From NCBI GenBank assembly GCA_002269645.1, contig NIVC01000059.1, forward strand, positions 434,001-498,000: a stretch of 64,000 nt of DNA, given 5' to 3'. Numbering within the stretch: position 1 is the stretch's first letter; each line of letters opens with the position of its first letter. Shown here piece by piece: positions 34,212 through 45,293 of this stretch. The stretch is from Macrostomum lignano (lineage: Eukaryota). The notes under the pieces were generated by a model. That model made no database searches, was not told the origin of the DNA, and was given only the letters and a program-made list of their open reading frames with translations. The translations under genes and the position numbers were made by a program.

Positions 34212-34580
34212 TTTCAACTGCGAGGCGCTGAGCGACAATCCAACGCAGCGTAGTACAGTGCCCAGTTCCTCGGTAGTAATGCACCCGTCGCCGTCTTTGT
34301 CGAACATTCGAAATGTCTCTTGCAGTACCTGCAGCTCGGTGGCTGACACTAGAAACAGCTCTTCGGCTTCGTCTTCGGCCTCGGCAGCGGCGGCGGCAGC
34401 GACAGCGGGGTCAGCATTAGGCGTCGATGCTTCGTCTTGTTGAGCGTCGCTCTCGTCAGTGCCTCCGTCCAAAGCGCGCATAAGTTTTCGGTCCGACAGC
34501 ATCGACGGCACCCGCTTCTCCAGTTCGTCCTCCTCAGGCGGGGGCCTTCCAGACTTTCTAGCGTTAGAGCTCGTTGCCAT
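34212..34580 (-). CDS. Calmodulin-like protein, exon 1 (acidic N-terminal extension + EF1)
   Basis: [31 protein letters not shown]; donor AAA|GTGAGC phase 0; joined protein about 295 aa. Confidence 0.88.
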
Positions 34581-36700
34581 CCTCAAAGAATGAAGAAGAA
34601 GAAGAAGAAGAAGAAGAAGATGAAGCGATTTCGAAGCCAAAAATTTGTGCTGCTCATTCGGACGTGCTCAGTTCAAATGGGGATCTCCCGGCCAGTCAGT
34701 GACCGGCACTGAGGCAATGCTGGTTAGGCAGGGTGAAAGTGCCATCCCAGGGATTTGCACTCGGAGCTCAGTAGCTAATCAGCAGCCTGCTCACACACCC
34801 AGACTCCTTGCGCGCTCCCCAAATTCTCTTTCTCTCCCCTCCCTTATTTCTTTTCTTTCCATTATCGAATCCCTGTTTACTACTCAGTGCAGACTTGTGC
34901 AGATAACGCCAGTGCCTGCAACTTCCTATGCCCTCGCCTAAGCCGCCTGCGCTTCCCCCTGTCTCTCTATCCCCCCTCCTCTCCCTCTGTTTCTTTATTT
35001 GAACTCGTTCAGTCGAGAGCGTGACCCGCGGCTCGCTGTAACCTGTCTTACCTCAGCTCAGCCTTTGTAACGCTCATTTTTGTAACCAAGGAGCCCTTAA
35101 AACGACAATCTGTATTGCCGATGCCGACCAACTCTTAGCGCAAGGCTAAGTTTAGAAAACGGACAGTTGCAAAGTTGAAATCCTTCAGGGCAAAGATATA
35201 AGTTGGGCCATAGACAACACGCAAATTTCTGACTGAGAAATTGCTAATTCCAATGTCTGATGCTGTCGTTAGTAAACTGAAAGTTCACTGTATCCTTGCA
35301 AAGACGCTTTATAGAATTTAAATTCTCAGTTTTTGATAAAACTAAATTCGAGCAGTTTTCCCGGCATTTCTTTAGAAAACAGTCGGATTCTAAACCATTT
35401 AACTCATCGGTTAGCAAACATGCGGCCCAGAAAGCCTCTCTATCCGGCCCTCAGGTCCTTTGAAACTTCACAATAGCTCAAGGTTTGTGTCTCTTCTCAG
35501 CTCTTTTCTTTCTGATCTCCTCTCTTCTCTTTTCTCTCCTCTCCAGATCTTATAGTGTGCAGTTTGTACATGAATCTAGGCGTTGTAAAAGTCGTTGTTG
35601 CTGCTCCAAATTTTAGTTCGCGGTGTCCTTGGCTTGGCTTAGCAATCACCCGCGCCCCCCTTCCCAGGCTCGCGCATGCTAATGACGCCTCCTGTCTGCA
35701 CCTGGACACACGGCTGACTAATTAAATAGGCAGTCCGGGCACAGAGCTGGCTATCCTAATAAAAATAGTTGGGAAGCTGGGAGTTGCCTGGATATAGAAA
35801 TGAATAAAAAACCCAAAGAGATCTATAACATATTTAAATTTCATGGTCGTGTCGTGTAGTCTGCAATTAATTTTAATACCAGAGCATCTCATATTTAGGT
35901 AAACGGAAAATTTATTTCACCTTCTTGGGCAGTGCAGATCAACGGTAAACGCATCTGACAGTCGCAAATCTTGAGTAATGTGATTGGAAGAAAGAAACAA
36001 TTAAGAAAGGAGTTGTTACCGAAGGCGTTGCGCCAGAGTGCTCAAAGGCCATCCTGATATACTGAGACTATCAATATTATTTTCCTGAATTACTAGGTTT
36101 TTAACTAACATTAGAGTACCGTCAAGTCTAGATGCACTACTGCGTATGCCCGGGTGACGTCCTTATAGATCAGCGGTTATGCACCTGCTGACGAAGAGTG
36201 AAGATGCAGACACTGCGCTCCTAAGAGTTTGAATCTCACTTTTGGAGACAAATTTAAAAGCTCGAAATGTACTCTGATTCTATCCTGCTTTGTTATATTT
36301 ACTACTGTGCTTTGTTATATTGTTGTTTTTTCAAAACAAGCGTGTGACTCTACTCCTGAACAGTAGTGTGTCAAGCCGTCCTATTGTTGACCATATGCTT
36401 CCAATTCAGAGTTTTGGAAGATAAGCATAAGCAGTCGCGGTTAAGAAGACTTACGTAGCTGAATCCGGGAGCCCCAAAAATTACTGGAATCGTTAACTTG
36501 TAAAATTGGTTCGCAGCACAGCCTTGATATAGAAAATTAGTTAAAAAATAAAGCAATAAACAACTCATCGATACAAATTACACTGCATCAGTTCCATATT
36601 GACCTAAAACTTTACTCTACTACAGGAGAAAATGTGACAGACAAATGTACTTCAGGGACGAGTGGATGATTTTGTGTGACAAGCAACGGCAGTAAAATCT

Positions 36701-37184
36701 TCAGACACCAGTAGTCAAAGTGAAATCTTCGTCTGCTGTGCCATCGTCACAGCCTCCGCTGTTGTTCATTGTCTTCTCTTTTTCTGACATCAGCCGCCGC
36801 TGCTGCTGCTGCAGTTGCCAGGGTGCTTTGCAAGTTGACCCGCTGCTGTCGTCCCGTCGTAGGTTGCCATCGCCGTCGCCTCCAACATCGCCACCGTGGC
36901 CTCTGTACATGCAGTTCAACAGGCTTGGCAAACTTCGGCACAACAGTGTTTTAACTAGCAGCACCAGAACTTCGATTAGTTCGCAGAGACCAACCACCGA
37001 CACGCCCAGGTACAGCCCCATTAGGCCGCCGATGTCGGATAGAAACTGCGACAGCGGGTACTCAGCCTCTTCAATTGTGACGTCGCCGCGATTCGAGGCC
37101 GCTGTGAGAATCAGATTGCTCACCTCCAGCTTGCCACGGCGCAGCAAGGCCCGACTGTTGGTTTCTGATTTCCCTGTCACCGAT
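36701..37184 (-). CDS. DEG/ENaC channel, exon 3 (beta strands, TM2, cytoplasmic tail)
   Basis: ttccag|A acceptor phase 2; EEAEYPLSQFLSDIGGLMGLYLGVSVVGLCE (TM2, GxS filter). Confidence 0.92.
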
Positions 37185-37927
37185 CTGGAATAAGAATTGG
37201 CCAATTATTAGCAATTCTGAGACAGAACTGGTTTTCAGCTGCAGAACAGATCCTGGTTGATGAGATCCTGGTCTCTGATCTGCAGCTGAAGCATGATGTT
37301 CCTGGTTGATGAGATCCTGGTCCCCGATCTGCAGCTGAAGCATGGTGTCTGCAAGGTTGGATCGCAAGCCTGGAGAACGCACGCCCGCTGTGTCGGTGAG
37401 GAACAAGGCCGAGCATCTGGCCAGGACAGCAAACTGTTGTTTTGTAAAACGTTTGCTGCTGTTTCAAAAATATGGCATCAGTCCTGTAGACCACCGGACA
37501 ACCCTCGTATTTTCAGATTTTACAGCCAAGAATTAAAAATTTCAGAATTTCAGAGATGCTTTCTGAAGTTACGAGCGTAACTTTGCAGCGAAAATTCGCA
37601 AGTGAAGAATTTCTCGACTAAATAAACTCTGGTGATTGCAGGTAGCAATACCACACTGATATATCGGTAGGTAACAATACCGATCCGAATCCAACGTACT
37701 TTTATTTTCAGTCGTTGTCCCAGCGTTAATTTATTTGTCTGTGTCCCAAACAGCTACCGACTGACTCTATAAAGGCTTGCCTTGACTTATATCGTTAAAC
37801 AAAATATACATTCAACTTAAGTTATGCTCTTTTATTAAAAGCCTTCGGCTCAACGCTGAATCAATGCATAAAACACAACAATGGCGTCGCAGTCGCTTGG
37901 CGAACTGCCGATCGAGCTCAAACCTGG

Positions 37928-38634
37928 ATGACTGCCTTCCAAGCGCTGGCCCGAGCAAAAGACTGGACTGATAGTGATGGAAAGAAGACCATCGCAGACA
38001 ACTTTTTGGTGCACTGCGGGCTCACAGCCTTGGAGAAGATACAAAGCATAATCGCCCCTAAATCTGTGACCGACCTGACCTTTGATGAAATCAACACTGC
38101 CGTGCAGGCGTACCTAAAGCCAAAGGAAAAGCTGGTCATCGCTGAACGCGTTCGTTTCTTTGCCATGCGGCAAGCACCAAATGAATCAATCTCTGACTTC
38201 GTTAGCCGACTTCGTCGTGCCGCTAAGGACTGTAAGTTTGATGATTTGAAGACATCCACCAGTCCTCTCGAGGAATTGCTCCAAATGGCGCTAATTTCTG
38301 GGCTCAGCAAATTAAACCAACAACAACGCGTTCTGGAGGCCACTCAAATCAAATCATTCCAGTCGGTTCCCCGAAATTGTGGACTTTATTCGCGACCTAG
38401 AGCAGGTGGCGGCTTTTGTGTCCATAAAATCAAGCGACTTTGACTCAGCCGGCTCCTTCGATCCAAACACACGAAGCCTCTGTGCATTACTCGCAGCGGC
38501 ATAATGGACATCGGAGTGTCAAGGACTGTTGTTACTGTGGTAAAGCACATTCGGAAGGAAAATGCCCGGCTCTTGGCAAGCTCTGTTCGAAATGTGGTAA
38601 GAAAAATCACTTCGCCAGCGTATGTCGCTCATAA
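37928..38634 (+). pseudogene. Gypsy gag with tandem zinc knuckles (frameshifted)
   Basis: ERVRFF..RQAPNESISDFVSRLRRAAKDCKF; CYCGKAH..CPALGKLCSKCGKKNHFASVC in a shifted frame. Confidence 0.9.
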
Positions 38635-38646
38635 TCTGCACGGCCT

Positions 38647-41600
38647 GTGCACCAATTCACTGACCCATCAGCTCATGAAATAGACAATGAGCCACATGAG
38701 AAGACTTCCCTTATGCATCTCAGCGACGTGGGCACTGTCCACGCTGTCAACGTGGCCACCGAGCCACTTATTATCGATGGCAAGACCGTCGACATGCAGA
38801 TCGATACAGGCGCCTCCGTCTCCGTGCTCTCCAGTTCGCAATCGGAACGACTGGGTCAACCCTCGCTGCAGAAGTGTTTTCGGCGGCTAGAAGCCTTTGA
38901 TGGTCACGTGATTAAGTCACCCGGAAAGCTGGCAACCACGGTTGAACTACGAGGTCATGTGCACCCTGCAGAGCTCATTGTGGTCAACTCTAACAAACCA
39001 TATGGCTTGTTTGGTCGCGATTTGTTGGACGCGGAGGACCTCTTTCACACCACAAGTGTGCCCCAGAACAACGCCCGCGTAGTTGAGCCATTGCCTACCA
39101 TAAAAGGCGCAAAAGCTCGCATGGAGGTTGTTGACGGTGCCAGACCCAGATTCTGCCGTGCTCGATCCGTGCCTATTGCAATTGAGGGGCAGATTAACGC
39201 CGAACTCGACCGCTTGCAACAGCTAGGAGTAATTGAACCCATCGAGGGACCCGTCAGCAATGCTTCGCCCGCGGTGTGGGTGAAAAAGAAAGACGGCACT
39301 TTGCGCATGTGTGCCGATTACAGCGTACACGTGAATGATAAAATCAACCCCGACTCGCATCCGATCCCCAATGTAGAAATTCTTTTCTCGCGCTTGAAAA
39401 ACGCAAAAGTTTTCGCCATCGTCGACCTCCGCTCGGCCTACTGGCAAATTGAACTGGATAAAGCGGCCAGAGATCTCTCCATCATCAACACGTCGCGTGG
39501 ACTGTACCGAGTAAACAGACTGCAAATGGGGATGAAAAACGCCTCGTTTATCTTCCAGAAAACTATGGAATCGATTTTGTCAGACATCAAAGGACTGCTG
39601 ATTTATCAAGACGACATCCTGGTGCACGCACCAGATGCGGCTATTCTAGAAAAGCGTCTTGCCGCGGTGCGCACCCGACTACAGGAAAAGCGCGTCACCA
39701 TCAAAGAGTCCAAGTGCATCAGCTACACCGATTCCATCTCTTTTCTTGGATTCAAGATCTCTGCCGCCGGAATCCAGCCAGACGAACGGCTTGTTGAAAA
39801 AGTCAGACATGTTTCCGCACCGACTAACAAATCTGAGCTCGCGAGCTTTTTGGGACTGGTCAACTTCTTTGGGAGACTGATTCCGAACTTCGCTCGAAAG
39901 ACCGCTCCTCTTAACCATATGCGAAAATCCAACGTCAACTTTGACTGGACCGACGAGTGCTCTCGAGCTTTTAATAATCTCAAAGCTGAAATCGCCTCTG
40001 CGCCAATAGTGCAGTTCTATAGCCTATCAAAGGAGCTGACTCTAACAACGGATGCCTCAAAGAGCTCAATAGCCGCCGTAGTGACTCAGGAAGGGCATCC
40101 CGTAATATTTGTATCGAGGACGCTTTCATCTGCCGAATCAAATTACTCAAATATTGAGCGCGAGGCCCTCGCCATCTTCTGGGCCGTCGCTTCACTGAAG
40201 CAATTCCTTCATGGCCGTCACTTCACAATCAAAACAGATCATCAGCCACTGACTCGCCTTTTCCGCGGTGTCATCCCTCTGAACACATCGGCGAGAATCA
40301 CGCTGGGCTATGCATCTCATGCAGTTTGACTTCAATATCGAGTACGTGCGAGGCAGCGATATTCCACACGCTGACGCTCTATCTCGGCTCCGGTTTGATA
40401 ACCCTTCAGCAGATGACAAGGAAACGTTTGATGCCATCAACGTCGTGGTATTTGAATCACCGGTGATCGAGGCCGGAAGAATTTTGACAGAAATGGACGC
40501 AGACCCGTTCACCCAGAAGATTCTAATGAGAGTACGCAATGGAAACTGGCAAGGTTGCTCGCAGGCAGAGTCAAGCCTCAAAGCCATTTCCGAAAAGCTA
40601 ACGCTGGAAAACGGCCTTCTTTACATGCAGAGGAGGGTTTACATCCCCCCACGGTTGCGACGGGCCGCCTTTGACGCAATCCATGACACCCACTCTGGAA
40701 TTCAGGCCTCATACAACCTGCTTTCAGCGTCTTGCTGGTAGCCTGGGATGCAACAGGATGTGTCACAATTTGTCCAACGCTGCCCGGTCTGCAGCCGCCT
40801 ACGACCGCGTGTCGGCCACGACAGGGATCGATGGCCTGCCCCGGACTAACCATTCCAACGCATTCACATGGACTGGGCGCATGTAAGAGGAGAGATCTCT
40901 CCTCTTACATACTTACATGGCGACATACTGATTATCGTTGACGCTCATTCTGGCTGGATAGAAGCGTTTCCCTGCCAAAACAGAGTGGCCAGCACTGTCC
41001 AGCGGTGCCTCTGCGCCATCTTTGCACGCTTTGGTATGCCGGAGCTGGTTGTGTCAGACAACGCACCCGAATTTGTGGCCGATAGCCCCAACGCATGGCT
41101 GCGCGCACATGGAGTGAAGAAAATGGAGTCACCCGCCTACTATCCTCAGGCAAACGGTCTCGCAGAAAGGGCAGTGCAGACCGTTAAATCTGCGCTGCGC
41201 GCATGGTCGGAGAGAATAACACACATGGGATTCCCATTCTACCTGCAAAAAGTGCTCATGCACCATCGCAACTCCTCGAGAAGCCACGGTCAGTGCCCAG
41301 CCGAGTTGGTGCTTGGTAGACGCCTTCGTGTGCCGGTCGTCTCACAGTTCGAGCAAGGAGACAACGTCATCTACCAGCCGCAAAAAGCAACTCAGGGAAG
41401 CCAGGCTACATTTCTAATGACTGCTGGGCACAATACGGCATGGATTCTAGAAGTTGAGAGCCTGAAGCTGGCCAGCACCAATCAGTTGGCTCCATCGATT
41501 CCACAGCAGGACGCACTTACAGCGGACGAAGAGGAAGCATCTGACAATCTGCCTGTGCAACAGCTCCCCAATCTGCCTGTGCAACAGTCCCCGCTGCAAA

Positions 41601-41722
41601 TGGCGGCCGGAGAAGAGCAGGCACCAACGACTCATGAGCAGGATGCCCCAGAGCAACCGAATGACAACCCGACGCGCCGAAGCTCGCGAAATCGTCGGGC
41701 CCCTGATCGATTTGTGCCGTAA
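38647..41722 (+). pseudogene. Gypsy pol (protease, RT, RNase H, integrase), disrupted
   Basis: DTGAS protease, YQDD RT, TDAS..ERE..TDH RNase H, HHCC and SDN..E integrase; frameshift near 40310 and TAG at 40739-40741. Confidence 0.93.
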
Positions 41723-42190
41723 TTGCTGAACAGCATAGACGCTGATTAATCCCAAACTTTCAACGAATTCGCCGTTAACTTCGTTAAGCACCAAGCTCCC
41801 TAAGCTCACCCGTTCATACTCAAACCCACCAATCAGTAACCACCAACGCTTTACTGTTGCAGTTCTCTTTCCCTAGAGGGGGACATGTTGTATACCGATT
41901 CGAATCCAACGTATTTTTTTTTCAGTCGTTGCCCCAGCGTTAATTTATTTGTCTGTGTCCCAAACAGCTACCGACTGACTCTATAAAGGCTTGCCTTGAC
42001 TTATATCGTTAAACAAAATATACATTCAACTTAAGCTATGCTCTTTTAATAAAAGCCTTCGGCTCAACGCTGAATCAACGCATAAAACGCAACACACACA
42101 TTGACTATGTCAATGCGATGTCTGAAAGTTTAGGCCTACGCTCTATTTTACGATTTTAGTAATAAAGTTTAGGAATTGAGCAATACGAAC

Positions 42191-42352
42191 TTTAACACGT
42201 CCGCAATGAAGTGCAGCCTGGCCGGATTGGCCATTTCTGACCACATCTCCCTGTACATTTCGCGCTGACTGTCCACATCCCAGGTCAGACTGTCGCATTC
42301 CGGCCTCTTCAGATGGTCGCACTGGCGCTCAAGTAGCGGTCTGAAGTTCGAC
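42191..42352 (-). CDS. DEG/ENaC channel, exon 2 (end of thumb domain)
   Basis: tacag|G acceptor and AA|GTTCGT donor, both phase 2, matching neighbouring exons; SNFRPLLERQCDHLKRPECDSLTWDV..; not in the ORF track. Confidence 0.8.
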
Positions 42353-43421
42353 CTGTAAATATTATGTATGAGCGTATTTGACGCTAGAGTTGAATCAGCG
42401 AAATAAAAAACTCCGCTTTCTTAGAACCCCATTTCTTGATTGCAGTTCGGCCTAAATTTGTGTTAATCTAGCAAAATAATTTTGGCATGTCTGGATCAGC
42501 TTGGCATTAAAACAATTGTTCAACGTCATTCCTGTGCGAACTCTCATGGACTAGAACCAGCTGTCAATCTGCGAACATGGAGTTGCATTCAGACTTTAGG
42601 GCCTAAGGAAAACATCGATGCCGGAATAGCTGAGGGAATTAAGTGAGTTTAAAGGATAGCAATATCTAGTATTGATTAGGCTACTTCGCTCTTATGAGGC
42701 GTGCTACTTTGAGCATGGATTTATTGCTGGTTATAAATAGTCGTCAAGATTTAAATCTATATTTTCTGTGCTTCGAATCCTTGCAATATATTTTTTACTA
42801 TCGGGAACTCCGAGAAAATGTCAATTTTATTGACCAATCAGGAAGCCCGCAAGACATCAGCCATCGCTCATATCCAGCATTTACTGGCTTAATTTGATTT
42901 TCGAAAGTCACAAGTCCAAGAGAATGAAAAAAAGTTTTTATTCTTTGCATCATAAAACTGCATAATTGACTATATCCTTGACAGTTGTCCGTTTAGAAAG
43001 CCCTTAAAACCGAAGCAATAATTTATTTCATTTCTATATTAGAAATCCCCCAGACTGACTCGTACGTTTTAGTTGTAGCATTGTAATAAGTGTACTGCTT
43101 GCAAAATAAGTATAACATTGATTTGGTACTGCAGCACTGATTATTAAGTCAAGATCCGGGCCCAAAGAGAAAAGCGAGCAGGCATTTTCCGTGATTTATT
43201 AGCTGCAGCTGCTGCTAATAAATTATCTCAGGGGGGGTGGGCCTTGCCTTGCCTTTGCGATCTCAGGGGGATCACAAAGTAGAAAAGTAGAAAATTTATC
43301 TTTAGAATTTAAATACGAAAGCATCAGCATAATAAGCTTTGCTTTCAAATGACAAATAAAATAACATTTTATTACATCCTGGTCCTGACTAAGACGACCG
43401 GATCGTAAAACCAAAACTTAC

Positions 43422-44602
43422 TCATTGCGGAAGAACCTGGCCGTTGCATCCAAACAGCGTAGATTTTTTTCCACACCCTCAATCCGAAATTGGGAGACGT
43501 TGAAGCACAGCATTGGCAGCATATCGTTCAGGCGGGGCACCATCAGGTGCGGGTTGTAGCAGCCGCAGCGCTCGTAGAAGATCCTCTGCGACAGCGCTTG
43601 ATGGCAAAGTCCGTAGCTCAGGTTATACACTCGGGTCTCGCGCAAGAAATAGTCATAGACAGGCATTGGCATCACGTCCTGTCGACAGTTGCTTTTCGCC
43701 TGAAGCATCTGGTGCCGTCGCTGTTCTAGAAACACGGTGGTCGCCACTCCCGGCGGTGTCTCAATCTGTCGGCCGTCCTCTGGCAGCGTGCCAGGCTTGT
43801 GAATGAACACCCGGCCACCGTACTGATAATTAGACGAGTTGAATCTCAAATAGGACAAATAGTTGCCTTTGATAACGAATTGCAGCGAGTCGACTGCTTG
43901 CAGATTTCCTTGATTGGTGAGCTCGTTCAATCTCAGAGTGTGACAGGCGCACCGGAACCGCATCACAAAACTGCAGCTGTGGAATCCTTCATCTGCTTGG
44001 CCGCTCACAGTCAGCGGCAGCCAGTTGGAGTCGATGTTAACCTCACTCTGGATGAGCTCGTTGTGCAACTTGTAGGAGACGGCAGCCAACAAGCTGTTTG
44101 ACAGCGTGTCACTGAACACCGAGCTGTTCAGGGTGGACAGGGCAATAGATCTAACCAGCGTGTTCAACATCTCGTCCAGGATCCGTTCGCGTGAATCACC
44201 TTGAAGGAACGTTTCCAACGTGGCGGTAAGATTTTGCACTCGAGGATTCGACACCAAATCGTCGATGACCTCCTGGAAGATGCTATACGTTCGGTTGTCG
44301 CCAAGGAAAACGGGTGTGTTGTCGCAGAAGGTCACATCGGGCCAGACAAAAGCGTCTTTACCGGGATGGTGCGCGGTGAGCACAGGAAAGTGGAGGTAAC
44401 GATTTGTGATCAACGACACGTTGGCGACGAATGCAGCTAGTCCGCCTAGGACGAGGGCTAGCCAGAAAATCTTCTCTAGGCGGCTAGGAGCTGACGCGGC
44501 ATGAGAGATTCCGTGGACAGTCGAGTGAGCAAACAGAGAGGCGAGATGAGCGCGCAGCTTCCCGCTGCCCGCGATGCCGCCGCTGTCGCCGCTGCTCCGC
44601 AT
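43422..44602 (-). CDS. DEG/ENaC channel, exon 1 (HG motif, TM1, most of the ectodomain)
   Basis: STVHGI, KIFWLALV, RYLHFPV, WPDVTFC, GGRVFIHKPG and RCGC; donor GA|GTAAGT; joined protein about 608 aa. Confidence 0.92.
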
Positions 44603-45293
44603 GACAACAACTGGTTGCTACTGGCTTTTGAGTCTCTTAGGTGCCGCGCGGAGGCGGAGTAGAGCATTTGCAGTCTTAACAGCAGGGAAGCGGAAGTCAG
44701 CGCGTGTCTTCAACTAACTAGCTGACTGGGGCAGCTCACAAAAGCTCCCTCTCCAGATCCCGCCATCAATTCTCGTTGGTCAATTCCCTTTCGTCGAATA
44801 AGAAGACGAAAGCATTCGGGGAAATGGGATATTGTCTACGTAAGACTTCCACAACGCAAACGATTATTAATTGCGCCTTTTCAAATATGAAGCAGCATAG
44901 TTTTTTTGCTAAAAGTAGACACTGTGTTTCGAAACTTTCATCTTCGAATGTCTGTATAACCGAGAGGTGGCTGCGTCAAAAACTGTTTATTAGTAACAGA
45001 GATGCAGCGAGCTGTTTTTAGCCGTACAAAATTTCGATAGTGCTTTTAGCCTTTTGACTTACTTTGACTTAGCTGCAGGGCTGTCCCGGAGGGGACACAG
45101 CGGGAAGGCGCGAGCGCCCATTCCGCTAGTCCCTGAACGGCCGACGCGTCGCTATGGACGGAGGGTTGGCGCCGCCCAGGGAGGTCCCTCAGTGTCGCCA
45201 GCAGCTATAATGCTCTCTGGAAAGGAGAGTTCAGCCCTGCGGGTGGCCCGAAGGTAGCGCATGAGCTGATTAAAGTTTTCGGGTTTGCACGCT

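Larger units (their letters stand above)
37677..42094 (+). mobile_element. Near full-length Gypsy (Mag-like) LTR retrotransposon, antisense in DEG/ENaC intron 2
   Basis: LTRs 37677-37880 and 41886-42094 (TG..CA at the 3' copy, about 8 mismatches); TGGCG PBS-like start after the 5' LTR; AGAGGGGG PPT; order gag-PR-RT-RH-IN. Confidence 0.95.

Noticed and set aside
36190-36225. Hammerhead-like CTGACGA core
   Set aside because: No stem II followed by GAAA
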